IMG/VR virus record: IMGVR_UViG_3300029891_000001
Location: 47,439 to 111,438 of that record
Length of the DNA: 64,000 nt
Direction: 5' to 3' (one strand)
Source of the DNA: a virus
In this document: piece by piece, positions 32,197 through 42,430 of the stretch
Position numbering within the stretch: position 1 is the stretch's first letter
Layout of the letters: each line of letters begins with the position of its first letter
Notes under the pieces: model-generated
Seen by the model: the letters and a program-made list of their open reading frames with translations, nothing else
Told to the model about the DNA's origin: nothing
Databases searched by the model: none
Translations under genes and position numbers: made by a program

Positions 32197-32796
32197 TTAC
32201 TTACTTAAAATAGTATCTATAATAGCAAACTTGTCTTCTGTTTCTTCATTTTCTATTAAATTAGCAACAGCTTCATTATCTTTCTTAGATTCGTCAACAA
32301 TATCAGCCTTCGAATCATCTTTCTTATCTACTTTCTTGTCTGTAGATTTTTTCTTGTCTTCAGCAAGTTTCTTTTTCTCTTCTTCTTTCTTTATTTCTTC
32401 TTTAGAAAGAAACTTAGCTTCACCGATTTCTTTAGCCTTAACTAAAACGCTCTTAAAGCTAGCAAAAGCCTCATCTGACATTTCTTTAATGGTCTGCTTA
32501 ATCTTGATCAATTCATCTCCATCAAAAGTCAAACCAGCATTAGAAAGCTCTGAATATCTAGCTTCAGCATTTTTTTCTGCTTCAATATTTTTCTTATAAT
32601 CTTCAAGCTCTTTAGCTACTGCTTCTTTTTCTTTAGAAATTTTAGTATTATCTTCTTTAATGTTCTTAATCTCTTCTTTTAAAGAAGCAATAGTAGTTTC
32701 AGATTCTTTGATCTTATCACCATTCTTAACTTTATCTATTTCAGTAGCTAAAGCCTTATCGAACTCTTCTTTAGTCTTATAGACTTCTTGTGTCAT
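32197..32796 (-). CDS. Nested in-frame scaffolding protein (internal start)
   Basis: AAAGGAGAAGAAACA-ATG at 32796, in frame, at the start of the coiled-coil region (MTQEVYK). Confidence 0.5.
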   Translation of the reverse strand: MTQEVYKTKEEFDKALATEIDKVKNGDKIKESETTIASLKEEIKNIKEDNTKISKEKEAVAKELEDYKKNIEAEKNAEARYSELSNAGLTFDGDELIKIKQTIKEMSDEAFASFKSVLVKAKEIGEAKFLSKEEIKKEEEKKKLAEDKKKSTDKKVDKKDDSKADIVDESKKDNEAVANLIENEETEDKFAIIDTILSK

Positions 32797-34035
32797 TGTT
32801 TCTTCTCCTTTTTCTTCAATATAATCATTCAAATTAATTTCATATTTTGCAGCCGCTTCTGAAAGTCGTTGCAAGATATATACTTGTTCTGATTTAGAGT
32901 ATTCTTTTAGTTCTTCATTAAAAACTATTTTAGCACTATCAATTAAATTAACTTCATTATTTATCGGAAAACCCCTATTAACATCATCAGCAAATTCTTC
33001 ATTAGGAATAACATCAGATTCAGAAGTTCCACATATTTCGTCCCTATATCTAATAGGAATGTCTATTTTTTGCATACTAAATTCTCCCGCAGAAGCTACA
33101 AATAACTTATAGTCTTCTATTTTAATATAATACGGTAAAAGTATTACAAAACTTTGGTTTTTTGCAATTGCTAATCCTTTTGCGCTAGGATCTGCCGGTT
33201 TCTTAACTTTAGCAGCCCCAATAAAATTGCTTCCTATAAATTCTCTAAACGTACCATAATATTCGCTTCCAACTTGTCTTCGTTCTAATAAATGATCACA
33301 ATATTCGAATGAAGTGTTAAAAATTTCATTACAATTAGAACATCGAGATTGTTTAAATTGATTCTCCATAGAAAAAGACAAAATACCTTCTTCATATTCT
33401 TTTCTAATTTCTCTCGCTTCTTTGGGATGTTTTTCTTGCCAGATAACCCCTTTACATATTATAAAATTCTTTTCTAAAGTTTCCCCGAAACTTTTATAAA
33501 AATCTTTTTCTTCATCTTTCAAAGAAGCAACTTCTACATATTTACTGTCATAAATAACACCTATATTTTTTATAGTATGTTCCATATTAATCGGTTTATT
33601 AATAGCAGTATTGGCATTTTCTTTTATTTCTTTATCAGTAAAATAATCATAATTTTTATTTCCACCTTCATGACACAATATAAAATCTACATACATTAAA
33701 TCAGAATTAGAATGTTCTCTAGCAATAGCTCTTCCTTTTTCATTATCTGGAGAATCATATAATTTTATAGATGCTACTTCAATAAATTCCCCTCTACCAC
33801 CATTAAGTTTAGCATGATATTTTCTATGGCAGCTGCGACACACTACTTTCAAACCCTTACCAGATCTTAAATCTTTTCTATTATTAGAAGTATGATGAAG
33901 ATCAAAAGGGCCTTTAGTTGAGCCACAAACTGAACATTTTTTGGGCAACTTTTTATATTTTTTATTGCCGGAATATTTAGAATCAAGCGAGTGCCGGTTA
34001 TGGTAGGTATCACCAGATATAGATAAATTTCCCAT
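32197..34035 (-). CDS. Prohead protease/scaffold protein with N-terminal HNH-like domain
   Basis: N-term CSVC...LHH...CRSCH. Protease-like GGNKNYDYF, KPINMEH, SFSME and FIGAAKVKKPADP motifs. C-terminal charged coiled coil. Confidence 0.75.
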   Translation of the reverse strand: MGNLSISGDTYHNRHSLDSKYSGNKKYKKLPKKCSVCGSTKGPFDLHHTSNNRKDLRSGKGLKVVCRSCHRKYHAKLNGGRGEFIEVASIKLYDSPDNEKGRAIAREHSNSDLMYVDFILCHEGGNKNYDYFTDKEIKENANTAINKPINMEHTIKNIGVIYDSKYVEVASLKDEEKDFYKSFGETLEKNFIICKGVIWQEKHPKEAREIRKEYEEGILSFSMENQFKQSRCSNCNEIFNTSFEYCDHLLERRQVGSEYYGTFREFIGSNFIGAAKVKKPADPSAKGLAIAKNQSFVILLPYYIKIEDYKLFVASAGEFSMQKIDIPIRYRDEICGTSESDVIPNEEFADDVNRGFPINNEVNLIDSAKIVFNEELKEYSKSEQVYILQRLSEAAAKYEINLNDYIEEKGEETMTQEVYKTKEEFDKALATEIDKVKNGDKIKESETTIASLKEEIKNIKEDNTKISKEKEAVAKELEDYKKNIEAEKNAEARYSELSNAGLTFDGDELIKIKQTIKEMSDEAFASFKSVLVKAKEIGEAKFLSKEEIKKEEEKKKLAEDKKKSTDKKVDKKDDSKADIVDESKKDNEAVANLIENEETEDKFAIIDTILSK

Positions 34036-34048
34036 TATATTTCCTTAT

Positions 34049-34336
34049 CTATTTAATTCCAAAATATTTCTTCAACCACTTTAAAGCAGATAATTTATCA
34101 TATTTTGATTTATCAAACATATATACACTATAAGATATATATGTACTTTGTTCTTGAGAAAAACTTTTTGATACTATACCCTCTTCAAGAGAATTAACAT
34201 TAGATGAATTTCTAATATTAGAACTCTTATTTGGTGAAAAAGCTTTTATATAAACAAAATTATCATCTTCTTCAGTCTCAAATGTTGGAACAGAAGAAGT
34301 AGATAAATTAAAAGCACTAGCCAATGATTTATTCAT
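34049..34336 (-). CDS. Hypothetical head-module protein
   Basis: GGAG RBS; FDKSKY...ALKWLKK C-terminus. Confidence 0.5.
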   Translation of the reverse strand: MNKSLASAFNLSTSSVPTFETEEDDNFVYIKAFSPNKSSNIRNSSNVNSLEEGIVSKSFSQEQSTYISYSVYMFDKSKYDKLSALKWLKKYFGIK

Positions 34337-34347
34337 ATAATCTCCAA

Positions 34348-34737
34348 TTAATATTCTATATGTTGTTCTAACGAAACTTTAAGATCACTAATTCCACCAC
34401 AACTAGCTACACGATAAGTAATACTGGTATAATTTGGGAAAGCTGTTTGATATATTAGATCATTATAAGAAGTAGAATATCTAAGTTTTTGTTTATCATA
34501 CCAATGATCTCCATCATAAGATCCTAATATATCAATTTCTACTACAGCCCCAGTTATCGCAGTAGAAAAATGCCCAACATCTATATACCAATACCCATCT
34601 TTAACTATTGAAGTATTCCAACTATTACCTCTAACATCTGCCGCCGCAACACTATCAATTCTTCCTGTACCTTGATGGGTAATCGTAATATCGCTATGTG
34701 GAATTAAAGCATTATATATTTCTTTGCCATATCCCAT
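34348..34737 (-). CDS. Hypothetical (probable virion) protein
   Basis: GAGG RBS; beta-rich; GSYDGDHWY motif. Confidence 0.5.
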   Translation of the reverse strand: MGYGKEIYNALIPHSDITITHQGTGRIDSVAAADVRGNSWNTSIVKDGYWYIDVGHFSTAITGAVVEIDILGSYDGDHWYDKQKLRYSTSYNDLIYQTAFPNYTSITYRVASCGGISDLKVSLEQHIEY

Positions 34738-34745
34738 AATATCCT

Positions 34746-35156
34746 CTATTTCTTATTTTTATTGCCATATATAAAACCAACACCTAAACCACCAAACAAA
34801 CAAGACAAAGCAGATCCTAATAAAGCAAATAGTATTTTGTCTAATGTACTTCTTAAATATTCGACACTTTTAATTAGAGAATCAATAGACTTAGTATTTT
34901 CAGCTATTTTAACACAAAGATCTTCTTTGTCTTTAAGTATCTCATCAATATATGCTTTTAGTTCTTTTCTTTCTTCTTTGGTGTCATTTTTATAATTTAC
35001 AAATTCATCTTTAGTAATTATATCTTTTACTGATACCTCAGAAATTGTTTTCTGATCTTCAAATTGGCTTATAATATGTTGCGAATAAATAGGAAAAGCA
35101 AATAAACCTAAAGATATAAAAAAATAACTAATATAAAAAGTAATTTTATTCATCAT
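34746..35156 (-). CDS. Membrane protein (N-terminal hydrophobic segment, coiled coil, C-terminal TM); XhlA/holin-like
   Basis: Hydrophobic termini flanking a charged coil. Confidence 0.4.
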   Translation of the reverse strand: MMNKITFYISYFFISLGLFAFPIYSQHIISQFEDQKTISEVSVKDIITKDEFVNYKNDTKEERKELKAYIDEILKDKEDLCVKIAENTKSIDSLIKSVEYLRSTLDKILFALLGSALSCLFGGLGVGFIYGNKNKK

Positions 35157-35418
35157 CTTCCTTTTCTAAATTCCATTGATTATGATTCTCTAAACTACCG
35201 AATATCTCAATCTGTTCATTAAGAATTTGAGTTTCAGTTTCATCTAAATCTATTTCTTTAATATCGGCATGTTCAACTGGTTTACCATGTTTCTTGTAAT
35301 ACCAAATAGAAGCCATTTTTTTACATTCTGCTATTTCTTTTTCAGATATTTCACCACTATTTTTTTTCTTTTTTCTATTAATACAGCTATCTCTAACTGC
35401 TAAATAATCTGCTGGCAT
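35146..35418 (-). CDS. Hypothetical protein
   Basis: ORF directly after the portal gene. Confidence 0.5.
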   Translation of the reverse strand: MPADYLAVRDSCINRKKKKNSGEISEKEIAECKKMASIWYYKKHGKPVEHADIKEIDLDETETQILNEQIEIFGSLENHNQWNLEKEDDE

Positions 35419-35420
35419 TT

Positions 35421-37052
35421 TTAACCCTCTGGCTTTTTAGGTTCAACTGGTCTTTTCTTCTTCTCTTCTTTAAGATTAACGGTTTTTACTGGTTTATCTT
35501 GAGATTTTTTTATATTATTTTTTGTCATTTTAGGATCTTCATCAGAAGGACGATTTTTATCAGTTTCTTGGTTGTTCCCACTAAATGGTAAATTGGGAGG
35601 AAAAAACAAATCAGAAATTTCTTTTTCTTTTTCTTTTTTAGAAATTTCACCTTCAAGATTATACCCAGATTCATTTAACGCAGTTCCAATAGATATAAGA
35701 CCCCTATCATAAAAAGCTAATATTAAATTCTTAATAGAACTTTCTTCTTTAAGATTCATTCTGTCCCATTTAATTTTTATTCTTTTATTAGAAAACCCAT
35801 TATTCTCAGCTATTTGTTTGCAAATCTTTTCTAACCATATAGAAGTTATTTGTCTCCAGTTAGATAATCTTTCTATCAAAGAGAGAATAGAAACCCAAGC
35901 ATCACCTTGCTGATTTAAAGAAATCAAAACAGGAGGGAGACCTAACCCTATGATTAAATCTTCTTTAGCTTGCTTATACTTATCTTTATATTGTAATACT
36001 TTCCCGTCTGGGCCGACTTGAAGAACATCTACATCATGTGCCCAAACTAAAGTTGTAGTAGCTTTAGGGTTTCTTATTAAATTAGCAAATGCTGTAAGTC
36101 TTTGTTTATTAGCTGGATGCTCTTCAGTTCCAACCCTAAAAATAGTAATTAAATTCAATAAACCACTGCTGATAGATTCATCTACTTGTCTTAATCTCTC
36201 TAATAAAGCAGAAGACCCTAAACATCTCGCTAAATATGGAATACCCCAAGCATGATATCCTTTAACTTTTCTTTTCAAATGAGATATAAATTTAGGATTT
36301 AATCTAATACCACTATTCCAATTATAGTTTCTTTTTTTAATAGCTTCCATGAACCCACGAGGAATAGCTTTTTTTAATAATGCTGCTTCTGGGTCTGATC
36401 TACCATCAGTTTGTAATTTGCTCAATAAAGTAGCATCTGGCCTCAAATAAATAACTTCTTGGCCGAAAGCAATTGGTTCAGTTGGTATCTCAATACTTTG
36501 TGGATTAATCAAATTAATAGAAACAGGCATTTTCCAACTTCCATCTAATTTACCAACTTCTATTTCTTCCCATTTCACATATGGGAAAGAATTACCAGAA
36601 GTAAACCATTCTAAAGCCAATTCTTGCATTAATGGATAAACACCAGGAACAGTATTGGAATTGTCTTTATTTAAATTGACAAAAAACCATTCTAATAAAT
36701 TGTTAAGTTTTTCATCTCCAGTATCTTCAGCCCTCAAACTAGTAACTGCAAAATCGACCAAGACATCAACAGCACTCCCAACAATAGGATTAAATTTGTA
36801 TAATTTCCAACATACTTTCATTTGAGAATATATGTTGTTATACATATCGTCATATTCTCTTAAACTATCAATATAACTAAGTGGAATTTTAATACTAGTT
36901 GGGACTTTAACCCCTATGCCAAGATTCTTGCCGCCGATATTTATTTCTTCAAGTTCGTTATCTTCTTCACTAAAAATATCATCGCTATCTTCTGACGCCA
37001 TTCCATCAGACATAACAATTATCTGACCATTAGACTTAGTTTCTTCTGACAT
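35421..37052 (-). CDS. Portal protein
   Basis: 543 aa directly after the terminase; LYKFNPIV, SGNSFPY, INPQSI and WGIPYL motifs. Confidence 0.85.
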   Translation of the reverse strand: MSEETKSNGQIIVMSDGMASEDSDDIFSEEDNELEEINIGGKNLGIGVKVPTSIKIPLSYIDSLREYDDMYNNIYSQMKVCWKLYKFNPIVGSAVDVLVDFAVTSLRAEDTGDEKLNNLLEWFFVNLNKDNSNTVPGVYPLMQELALEWFTSGNSFPYVKWEEIEVGKLDGSWKMPVSINLINPQSIEIPTEPIAFGQEVIYLRPDATLLSKLQTDGRSDPEAALLKKAIPRGFMEAIKKRNYNWNSGIRLNPKFISHLKRKVKGYHAWGIPYLARCLGSSALLERLRQVDESISSGLLNLITIFRVGTEEHPANKQRLTAFANLIRNPKATTTLVWAHDVDVLQVGPDGKVLQYKDKYKQAKEDLIIGLGLPPVLISLNQQGDAWVSILSLIERLSNWRQITSIWLEKICKQIAENNGFSNKRIKIKWDRMNLKEESSIKNLILAFYDRGLISIGTALNESGYNLEGEISKKEKEKEISDLFFPPNLPFSGNNQETDKNRPSDEDPKMTKNNIKKSQDKPVKTVNLKEEKKKRPVEPKKPEG

Positions 37053-37064
37053 TTTATACCTCTT

Positions 37065-38630
37065 TTATACCCAAAAGCCAATACCAAGATTACTAGAAAA
37101 AGTTTTAGTTTCTCCAGTAACGAATTCATTCGCTGCTTGATTAGCTAAAGCTAAAGAAGTAGCTCTATCTTTTTTAAATTGTGCAGGAACATCGAAATGA
37201 TAATGATTTCCCTTTTTCTCTGCTTGTAATACTAACAATTCTCTTTTTGTTTGAATTATCTCTTGCCCTGATTTTTCTAATTCTTTATCACTACTTCTTC
37301 TTAAATCAATAGGCAATAATAAATTAGTTTGCTGAAAATCAGCTTTTAATCTCATATATAAATCATTAACTACTGGAGCCGTAAATTTAATTAATTTCAA
37401 AATTGGAATAGCTCCCACTGGTATCTCTTTTTCTTCCATATCATAAATGGGGGGATAAATATGGCCTTCTCTATCTTGATATTTTTCAGCAAGTAAATCT
37501 TTTAATGTCATTCCACCACCACCAGCATCTATGTTTATCTGAACTATTTTTTTATATCTTTTCAATGTTTCTCTAATTAAACGAATCATTTTTTGATATG
37601 AAGCACCATTTAAAGTCAAATTATTAACAAATCTCTTTTTATTACCATCTATTTTAATAACTGACAAAGAAAAATTATCCCCTCCAGCTACCCTGGCAGC
37701 ATCAATCCCAATTGTATAAATAGATCCTTCTTCTCCATATACTTCTATAGGAGAGTCAGTCTGTGTTTCATTATTTCTAGGAGTACATCTATCTAAAAGT
37801 TGTGCGCTAAAAAATCCAACATTTTCTAATGGAAATACTCCCTTATTCTCCATTAGATAAAGTTCTTCAGTTGTATCCATTCGCATCATTTCATATATTT
37901 CTTTATCTAATTCAAATGGAGGATCTTTAACTATTAAAACATCTTCGTCTATATATTCATGAACTGCATAAAGATCTGGTTTTCTTTTCATCATATAATG
38001 ATATAAAACATATTGAGTATAAAAATGATTCCAAGTATAATAAGCAGTAGAAGACATAATATATTTATTTTCAAATCCAGCTCTTTTTATATTCATCATG
38101 GGACGAACTACTGTCTTAATGATTATTTCATCTACTACTGCATATTCATCTACCCAAATAATATGATATCTTCTTCCTCTTATTTTCTGCCCAGTTCCAA
38201 GAGGTAAACCCTCTATAAAACTTCCATTTTTGAATTTTAAAGCAGCTTTAAATGTAGCTCTAAATGGTTTTTTAACACATGCAGCTCTCATATATGGAGA
38301 ACTTTCATATAGTTCGTCTATTTTATCAAAAAAGAATTCTGTCTGTTTGAAAGACGGAGTAATAATACCTATAGCTACACCTGGATATAATAATGCATAT
38401 AAAACACAAAAAAGACTTCCCATCCAAGTTTTACCTATCCCTCTTCCCAATAATAAAAGAATATATTTATGTTTAAATAGAGATCTTAATATAATTCTCT
38501 GAAACCAAATTAGATCTATATTAAATAACTCCTTAACAGCAATAACTGGATATCTTCTATAAAATAATATTAGCTTTTCTGACAAATTAAGAGTAGATTT
38601 TTCTTTTTTAGTTAATCTAATTTTAACCAT
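37065..38630 (-). CDS. terL: Terminase large subunit
   Basis: Walker A GRGIGKT, IRGRRY, Walker B IWVDE, MSSTA coupling motif; nuclease GIDAAR...GDN, IDAGGGG and KDRATS motifs. Confidence 0.92.
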   Translation of the reverse strand: MVKIRLTKKEKSTLNLSEKLILFYRRYPVIAVKELFNIDLIWFQRIILRSLFKHKYILLLLGRGIGKTWMGSLFCVLYALLYPGVAIGIITPSFKQTEFFFDKIDELYESSPYMRAACVKKPFRATFKAALKFKNGSFIEGLPLGTGQKIRGRRYHIIWVDEYAVVDEIIIKTVVRPMMNIKRAGFENKYIMSSTAYYTWNHFYTQYVLYHYMMKRKPDLYAVHEYIDEDVLIVKDPPFELDKEIYEMMRMDTTEELYLMENKGVFPLENVGFFSAQLLDRCTPRNNETQTDSPIEVYGEEGSIYTIGIDAARVAGGDNFSLSVIKIDGNKKRFVNNLTLNGASYQKMIRLIRETLKRYKKIVQINIDAGGGGMTLKDLLAEKYQDREGHIYPPIYDMEEKEIPVGAIPILKLIKFTAPVVNDLYMRLKADFQQTNLLLPIDLRRSSDKELEKSGQEIIQTKRELLVLQAEKKGNHYHFDVPAQFKKDRATSLALANQAANEFVTGETKTFSSNLGIGFWV

Positions 38631-39502
38631 TATATTGATTCTCCAACTGGGAATTCTTTCTTCTTATTAAGCAATCTTTTTTGTTCTTTAGCAACTTCTT
38701 CTACTTTTGTTTTTTCTTCTGGCGCATCTGTACTATATACTATACCCTCTCCACTTTTAACCATAGCTTCTACTTTGTCTTCTGGTGGGAGAATATTGTA
38801 AGGTGGTTTCTGTGCTTTTAAATTTGAATATAATAATTCTTCAGATTCGTTAATATTTTCTATGTCTTTTATATTTTTAAGTTTTTCATCTAAACTAATA
38901 GATAAAGTAGCTATATTCCCATCCATCTTATCTATTATATCAGCTCTTTGTTCTCTAGTAATCCCAAGTTTAATCTGAAGCTGTGATAGTCTTTCTAAAC
39001 TTTTACTTAATTGAATATTATAATCTCTTGAAGGATTTTGAAGTTGATTTTTAAACAATCTTCTTTGCAAAAGTTCTTCAAATAATAGTTGATTTAATAA
39101 TGGAATATCTGAACTTTCGTTAAAATCAAATTCACTTCTATATATTTTTTCTCTTCCTTTCCACCAGTTTTTTTCATATTTTCTAAGATATCTAAATATA
39201 AAACCTTCGCCTATTTCTGTTTCTTCGTCTTCTTCTTTAACTTTTAAAAATTTATCTGGAACTGTTTTAATCTTTGGTTTTAAGTTTTCATGTGATTTCC
39301 ATTGAAACCCAGATTTTATTCTTATTCTAGTATCTAAAGAAATTGGGGCATTAACCCACCCCTGTTGAGATTCTAAAAATACTTCTTCTATCTTGTCTTT
39401 AGCTTCTTCTTCTGTAAGTTCTTTACTTTCAATAAAATACTTAAATAAAGGAGAATAGTATTTTTCTCTATCTTTTGGAGTCATTATAATCTTTTTAACC
39501 AT
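38630..39502 (-). CDS. Putative terminase small subunit
   Basis: Directly upstream of terL; helical LQIKLGITREQR motif. Confidence 0.45.
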   Translation of the reverse strand: MVKKIIMTPKDREKYYSPLFKYFIESKELTEEEAKDKIEEVFLESQQGWVNAPISLDTRIRIKSGFQWKSHENLKPKIKTVPDKFLKVKEEDEETEIGEGFIFRYLRKYEKNWWKGREKIYRSEFDFNESSDIPLLNQLLFEELLQRRLFKNQLQNPSRDYNIQLSKSLERLSQLQIKLGITREQRADIIDKMDGNIATLSISLDEKLKNIKDIENINESEELLYSNLKAQKPPYNILPPEDKVEAMVKSGEGIVYSTDAPEEKTKVEEVAKEQKRLLNKKKEFPVGESI

Positions 39503-39522
39503 TAAAAAATACCACCTTTCTG

Positions 39523-39551
39523 TAACAAAAGACGGTATTTATATAAAAAAA
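39523..39551 (-). promoter_or_regulatory. Candidate late promoter of the morphogenesis operon
   Basis: TTTTTTTATATAAATACCGTCTTTTGTTA, 26/29 identical to the element at 56190-56218 (+). Confidence 0.6.
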
Positions 39552-39565
39552 TGTTTAAATTTACA

Positions 39566-40075
39566 TCAATTTGTATCTTTTAAGGTAATATTGTCAATTA
39601 TGAATCTAATATCTTTAAGATTTTTCAAAAAAGTAGCATATTTCATACCAACAATATTAGCGATATTCTTATAATTATTTAAATGCCCCAGATATAGAAT
39701 AGAATAAAATACTACTTTCTGCTTTATACTCAAATTATAAACAATTTTTTCTATTAAAGAATCCATATTGTCTTTATAGTAAATATTTCTTATCCAAGAA
39801 AAATCAGAAACACAAACCATAGATCTTTCAAACTGCTCTTGTTTCTTCGTATCGAAAATAGCCCTTCTAAATCCAGCCTTTAAGATAGTCTTTATAAATA
39901 AATCTATATCAATACTACCATCGTATTTTTTAAGATATGAGTATAAAAAAATTCTAACTTCTTGAGCTATGTCTTCAGCATAGTCTCTATTAATCATTTT
40001 AGCCCGGTAGTTTATCCAATTATCATATCTCTTATATATATCTTTATAAAATTTTTCATCTTTAATAATTTCCAT
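39566..40075 (-). CDS. Phage sigma70/ECF-like sigma factor
   Basis: Region 2-like AEDIAQEVRIFLY...KYDG; region 4 HTH LSIKQK...YKNIANIVGM. Confidence 0.7.
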   Translation of the reverse strand: MEIIKDEKFYKDIYKRYDNWINYRAKMINRDYAEDIAQEVRIFLYSYLKKYDGSIDIDLFIKTILKAGFRRAIFDTKKQEQFERSMVCVSDFSWIRNIYYKDNMDSLIEKIVYNLSIKQKVVFYSILYLGHLNNYKNIANIVGMKYATFLKNLKDIRFIIDNITLKDTN

Positions 40076-41172
40076 TATTCTTCTAAACCGAAAAAGAATT
40101 GTACAACATTCGCATCAACAATATATTGGATATCTTCAGAATTATTTGTCATCCAACGAACTTCACCAACAGAATAATTTATGGCTTCTCTGAGATTCTT
40201 AGCATCAACGAATAAAGAAATAGAATCTTTAATCCCAGTAGGTTCTATATAAATAGATTCTTCTCCAATATTATTGCCATTAACTTCCATAGAAACAACT
40301 CTGTCTCCAAAAATTATCTTCACAGAGTTAGTATCTTTATCTGTCAAATACAGAATTCTGCTAAGAGATTCTAAAAACATTTCTTGATTTAAGTTAATAT
40401 TAATATTAAATTTATCTTTTTTATAATTCTCAAAAATATTTTTTACATCATCGAATGGGTATTTCAACTTAGACAAAGAAGATGCAAACATAAAATTGTT
40501 AGTTTTCCCGAATAGAATATCATTATAAACAATAAATCTAATCTCATTAGAATCTTCTATGTTCATAATACATTGATATATATTTTTGTGAATAAGACAT
40601 TCTCCAATATTCTTAGAATCATATTCTATAACTGCTCCCCTGACACCATCGCAAGCGACAATCAAATCATCTTTAAAACAAAGATGTTTTAATTCCGGCT
40701 CAAAATCATTGTTAGACAAACAATGAATAACACTCTGCATCTTATTCTTTAACTCTGATAAATTAACAATATTACTATGTTTTACTTCATAATATCCTTC
40801 TATATCCTGAACAGAGTCTTCAAATGTCTTTCTGTCTAAAACATTTATTTTGTATTTAGATCTAGAATTTTTAATAACAAAACTATCTTCATTTAATGTT
40901 ATCTTTACAACCCCGTTAAAAGATTTAATCAAATCAAAAAACATTTTAGCATACACATAACAATAATCTCCATCTTTACTTTCTTCTATATTCGCTGTCC
41001 CAATAAAAGAAGAAGCAAAAATATTATCATTATATCCTTTAATTTCTATTCTATTATCATTTTTACATATTTTAATATATCTCAAAGGCAACTGGGCACT
41101 ATTTAAATTAACAATAGGAGAAATCAAAGATATAGCCTTTTTTATTTCTCTCACATCAACTTCAAACGTCAT
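40075..41172 (-). CDS. dnaN: DNA polymerase III beta sliding clamp-like protein
   Basis: 365 aa; VACDGVRG (ATDGxRL-like), KYPF and VDAKNLREAI motifs. Confidence 0.8.
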   Translation of the reverse strand: MTFEVDVREIKKAISLISPIVNLNSAQLPLRYIKICKNDNRIEIKGYNDNIFASSFIGTANIEESKDGDYCYVYAKMFFDLIKSFNGVVKITLNEDSFVIKNSRSKYKINVLDRKTFEDSVQDIEGYYEVKHSNIVNLSELKNKMQSVIHCLSNNDFEPELKHLCFKDDLIVACDGVRGAVIEYDSKNIGECLIHKNIYQCIMNIEDSNEIRFIVYNDILFGKTNNFMFASSLSKLKYPFDDVKNIFENYKKDKFNININLNQEMFLESLSRILYLTDKDTNSVKIIFGDRVVSMEVNGNNIGEESIYIEPTGIKDSISLFVDAKNLREAINYSVGEVRWMTNNSEDIQYIVDANVVQFFFGLEE

Positions 41173-41503
41173 TTTCTATCTCCTCTATAAATTTATGCCA
41201 TCTAAAATTTTTCATATTTTGAATTTTTCTTATATTTGTATATAAATAATATTCCCCACTTATCCAAGTATTATTTATTTTTATTCCATCATGAACTTTT
41301 CTGTGGCAATTAAAACATAAAGTAATTAAATTTTCTAAATGATCATCTCTCCCATTAGAACCCACTAAATTAATATGATGCGTAATTAAATTTTCAATAT
41401 CACCACACAAAACACATTTATAATCGTCTAATTTCTTAGCCAATTTTAAATTCTTTGGACATACAAAGTCCTTATCTTTAGGAAACATTATACAAAACAT
41501 CAA
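41162..41503 (-). CDS. HNH endonuclease
   Basis: CVLCG...THHI...NLITLCFNCHRKVH. Confidence 0.85.
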   Translation of the reverse strand: MMFCIMFPKDKDFVCPKNLKLAKKLDDYKCVLCGDIENLITHHINLVGSNGRDDHLENLITLCFNCHRKVHDGIKINNTWISGEYYLYTNIRKIQNMKNFRWHKFIEEIENDV

Positions 41504-41796
41504 TATAATTTTCCATGTTTCTCTGATCTTCCCCAGTTAATGGCCATTTTGTCAGATATTTCTTTTTCTAAATCAATGTCAACAGACCCAGCAATGTCAA
41601 ATAGTCTAATAAAAGTATCAGCTATCTCTTCATTAAAATTCTTTCTATCCCCATTTCTGTGCGCCTCACAAGCTTCTGCTAATTCAGTAACTACTAACAT
41701 AAGCTTAATTGGCATATTGTCCCAATTTGTTTCAAACTTCTTAGATTTACGCCATTTTACTACTTCATCACAAATAGTTTTAACCCTCATTAACAA
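41500..41796 (-). CDS. MazG-like nucleotide pyrophosphohydrolase
   Basis: LVVTELAEACEA...EEIADTFIRLFD...KMAINWGR. Confidence 0.88.
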   Translation of the reverse strand: MLMRVKTICDEVVKWRKSKKFETNWDNMPIKLMLVVTELAEACEAHRNGDRKNFNEEIADTFIRLFDIAGSVDIDLEKEISDKMAINWGRSEKHGKLY

Positions 41797-42430
41797 TATC
41801 TCCTATAAACTTATCTAAATGAATTTTCAATTCTTCTAAGTTGCATGGAGGAATAACTAAATCAAAATTATTATAATCATCTAACGCTACTTCTGATTCA
41901 TGATCTAAATTAATAGTCGCCTTATTATCTGTTGGCCTACTTAATTGCTGTTCTCTATTAACTTCTAATCTAACAACTTTAAATCCCTGTTCTTTTAATT
42001 TATCTACTTCGTTTGGAAATCTAATACCACTACAAAAAATTCCCCCCAAATATTTATGCTGGTTATAAAAATCTATTACTAAATTATCAAAACAATCTTT
42101 TAATATAATATTTTCAATTCTATTTAGATATAAATTAATCCAAAAATCAGAATGACCAAAATATTTATTACACCCATTTCTAACTATATCAGTACCAAAA
42201 TGTTGTAAGGTTTCTCTATTTTTATTTCCAAATCCTTTCATACATAAGTCTTTTAAATCATCTGCTAGGTTCTCATGGATAAAAAAGTTACGTGAAAAAC
42301 TTTTTTCTAGTCTAGAAATACAATACTTAACAGACCAATCTTTTCCACTTCTCATTTTCCCAGAAAAAGCTATTTTTACTATTTTTTTAATTGGCTTTAT
42401 GATCTCATTTGTATCTTTTCCATTTTTCAT
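41780..42430 (-). CDS. Deoxynucleoside monophosphate kinase
   Basis: P-loop SGKMRSGKD; LADDLK, RETLQHFGTD, IRFPNE and HESE motifs. Confidence 0.85.
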   Translation of the reverse strand: MKNGKDTNEIIKPIKKIVKIAFSGKMRSGKDWSVKYCISRLEKSFSRNFFIHENLADDLKDLCMKGFGNKNRETLQHFGTDIVRNGCNKYFGHSDFWINLYLNRIENIILKDCFDNLVIDFYNQHKYLGGIFCSGIRFPNEVDKLKEQGFKVVRLEVNREQQLSRPTDNKATINLDHESEVALDDYNNFDLVIPPCNLEELKIHLDKFIGDIVNEG

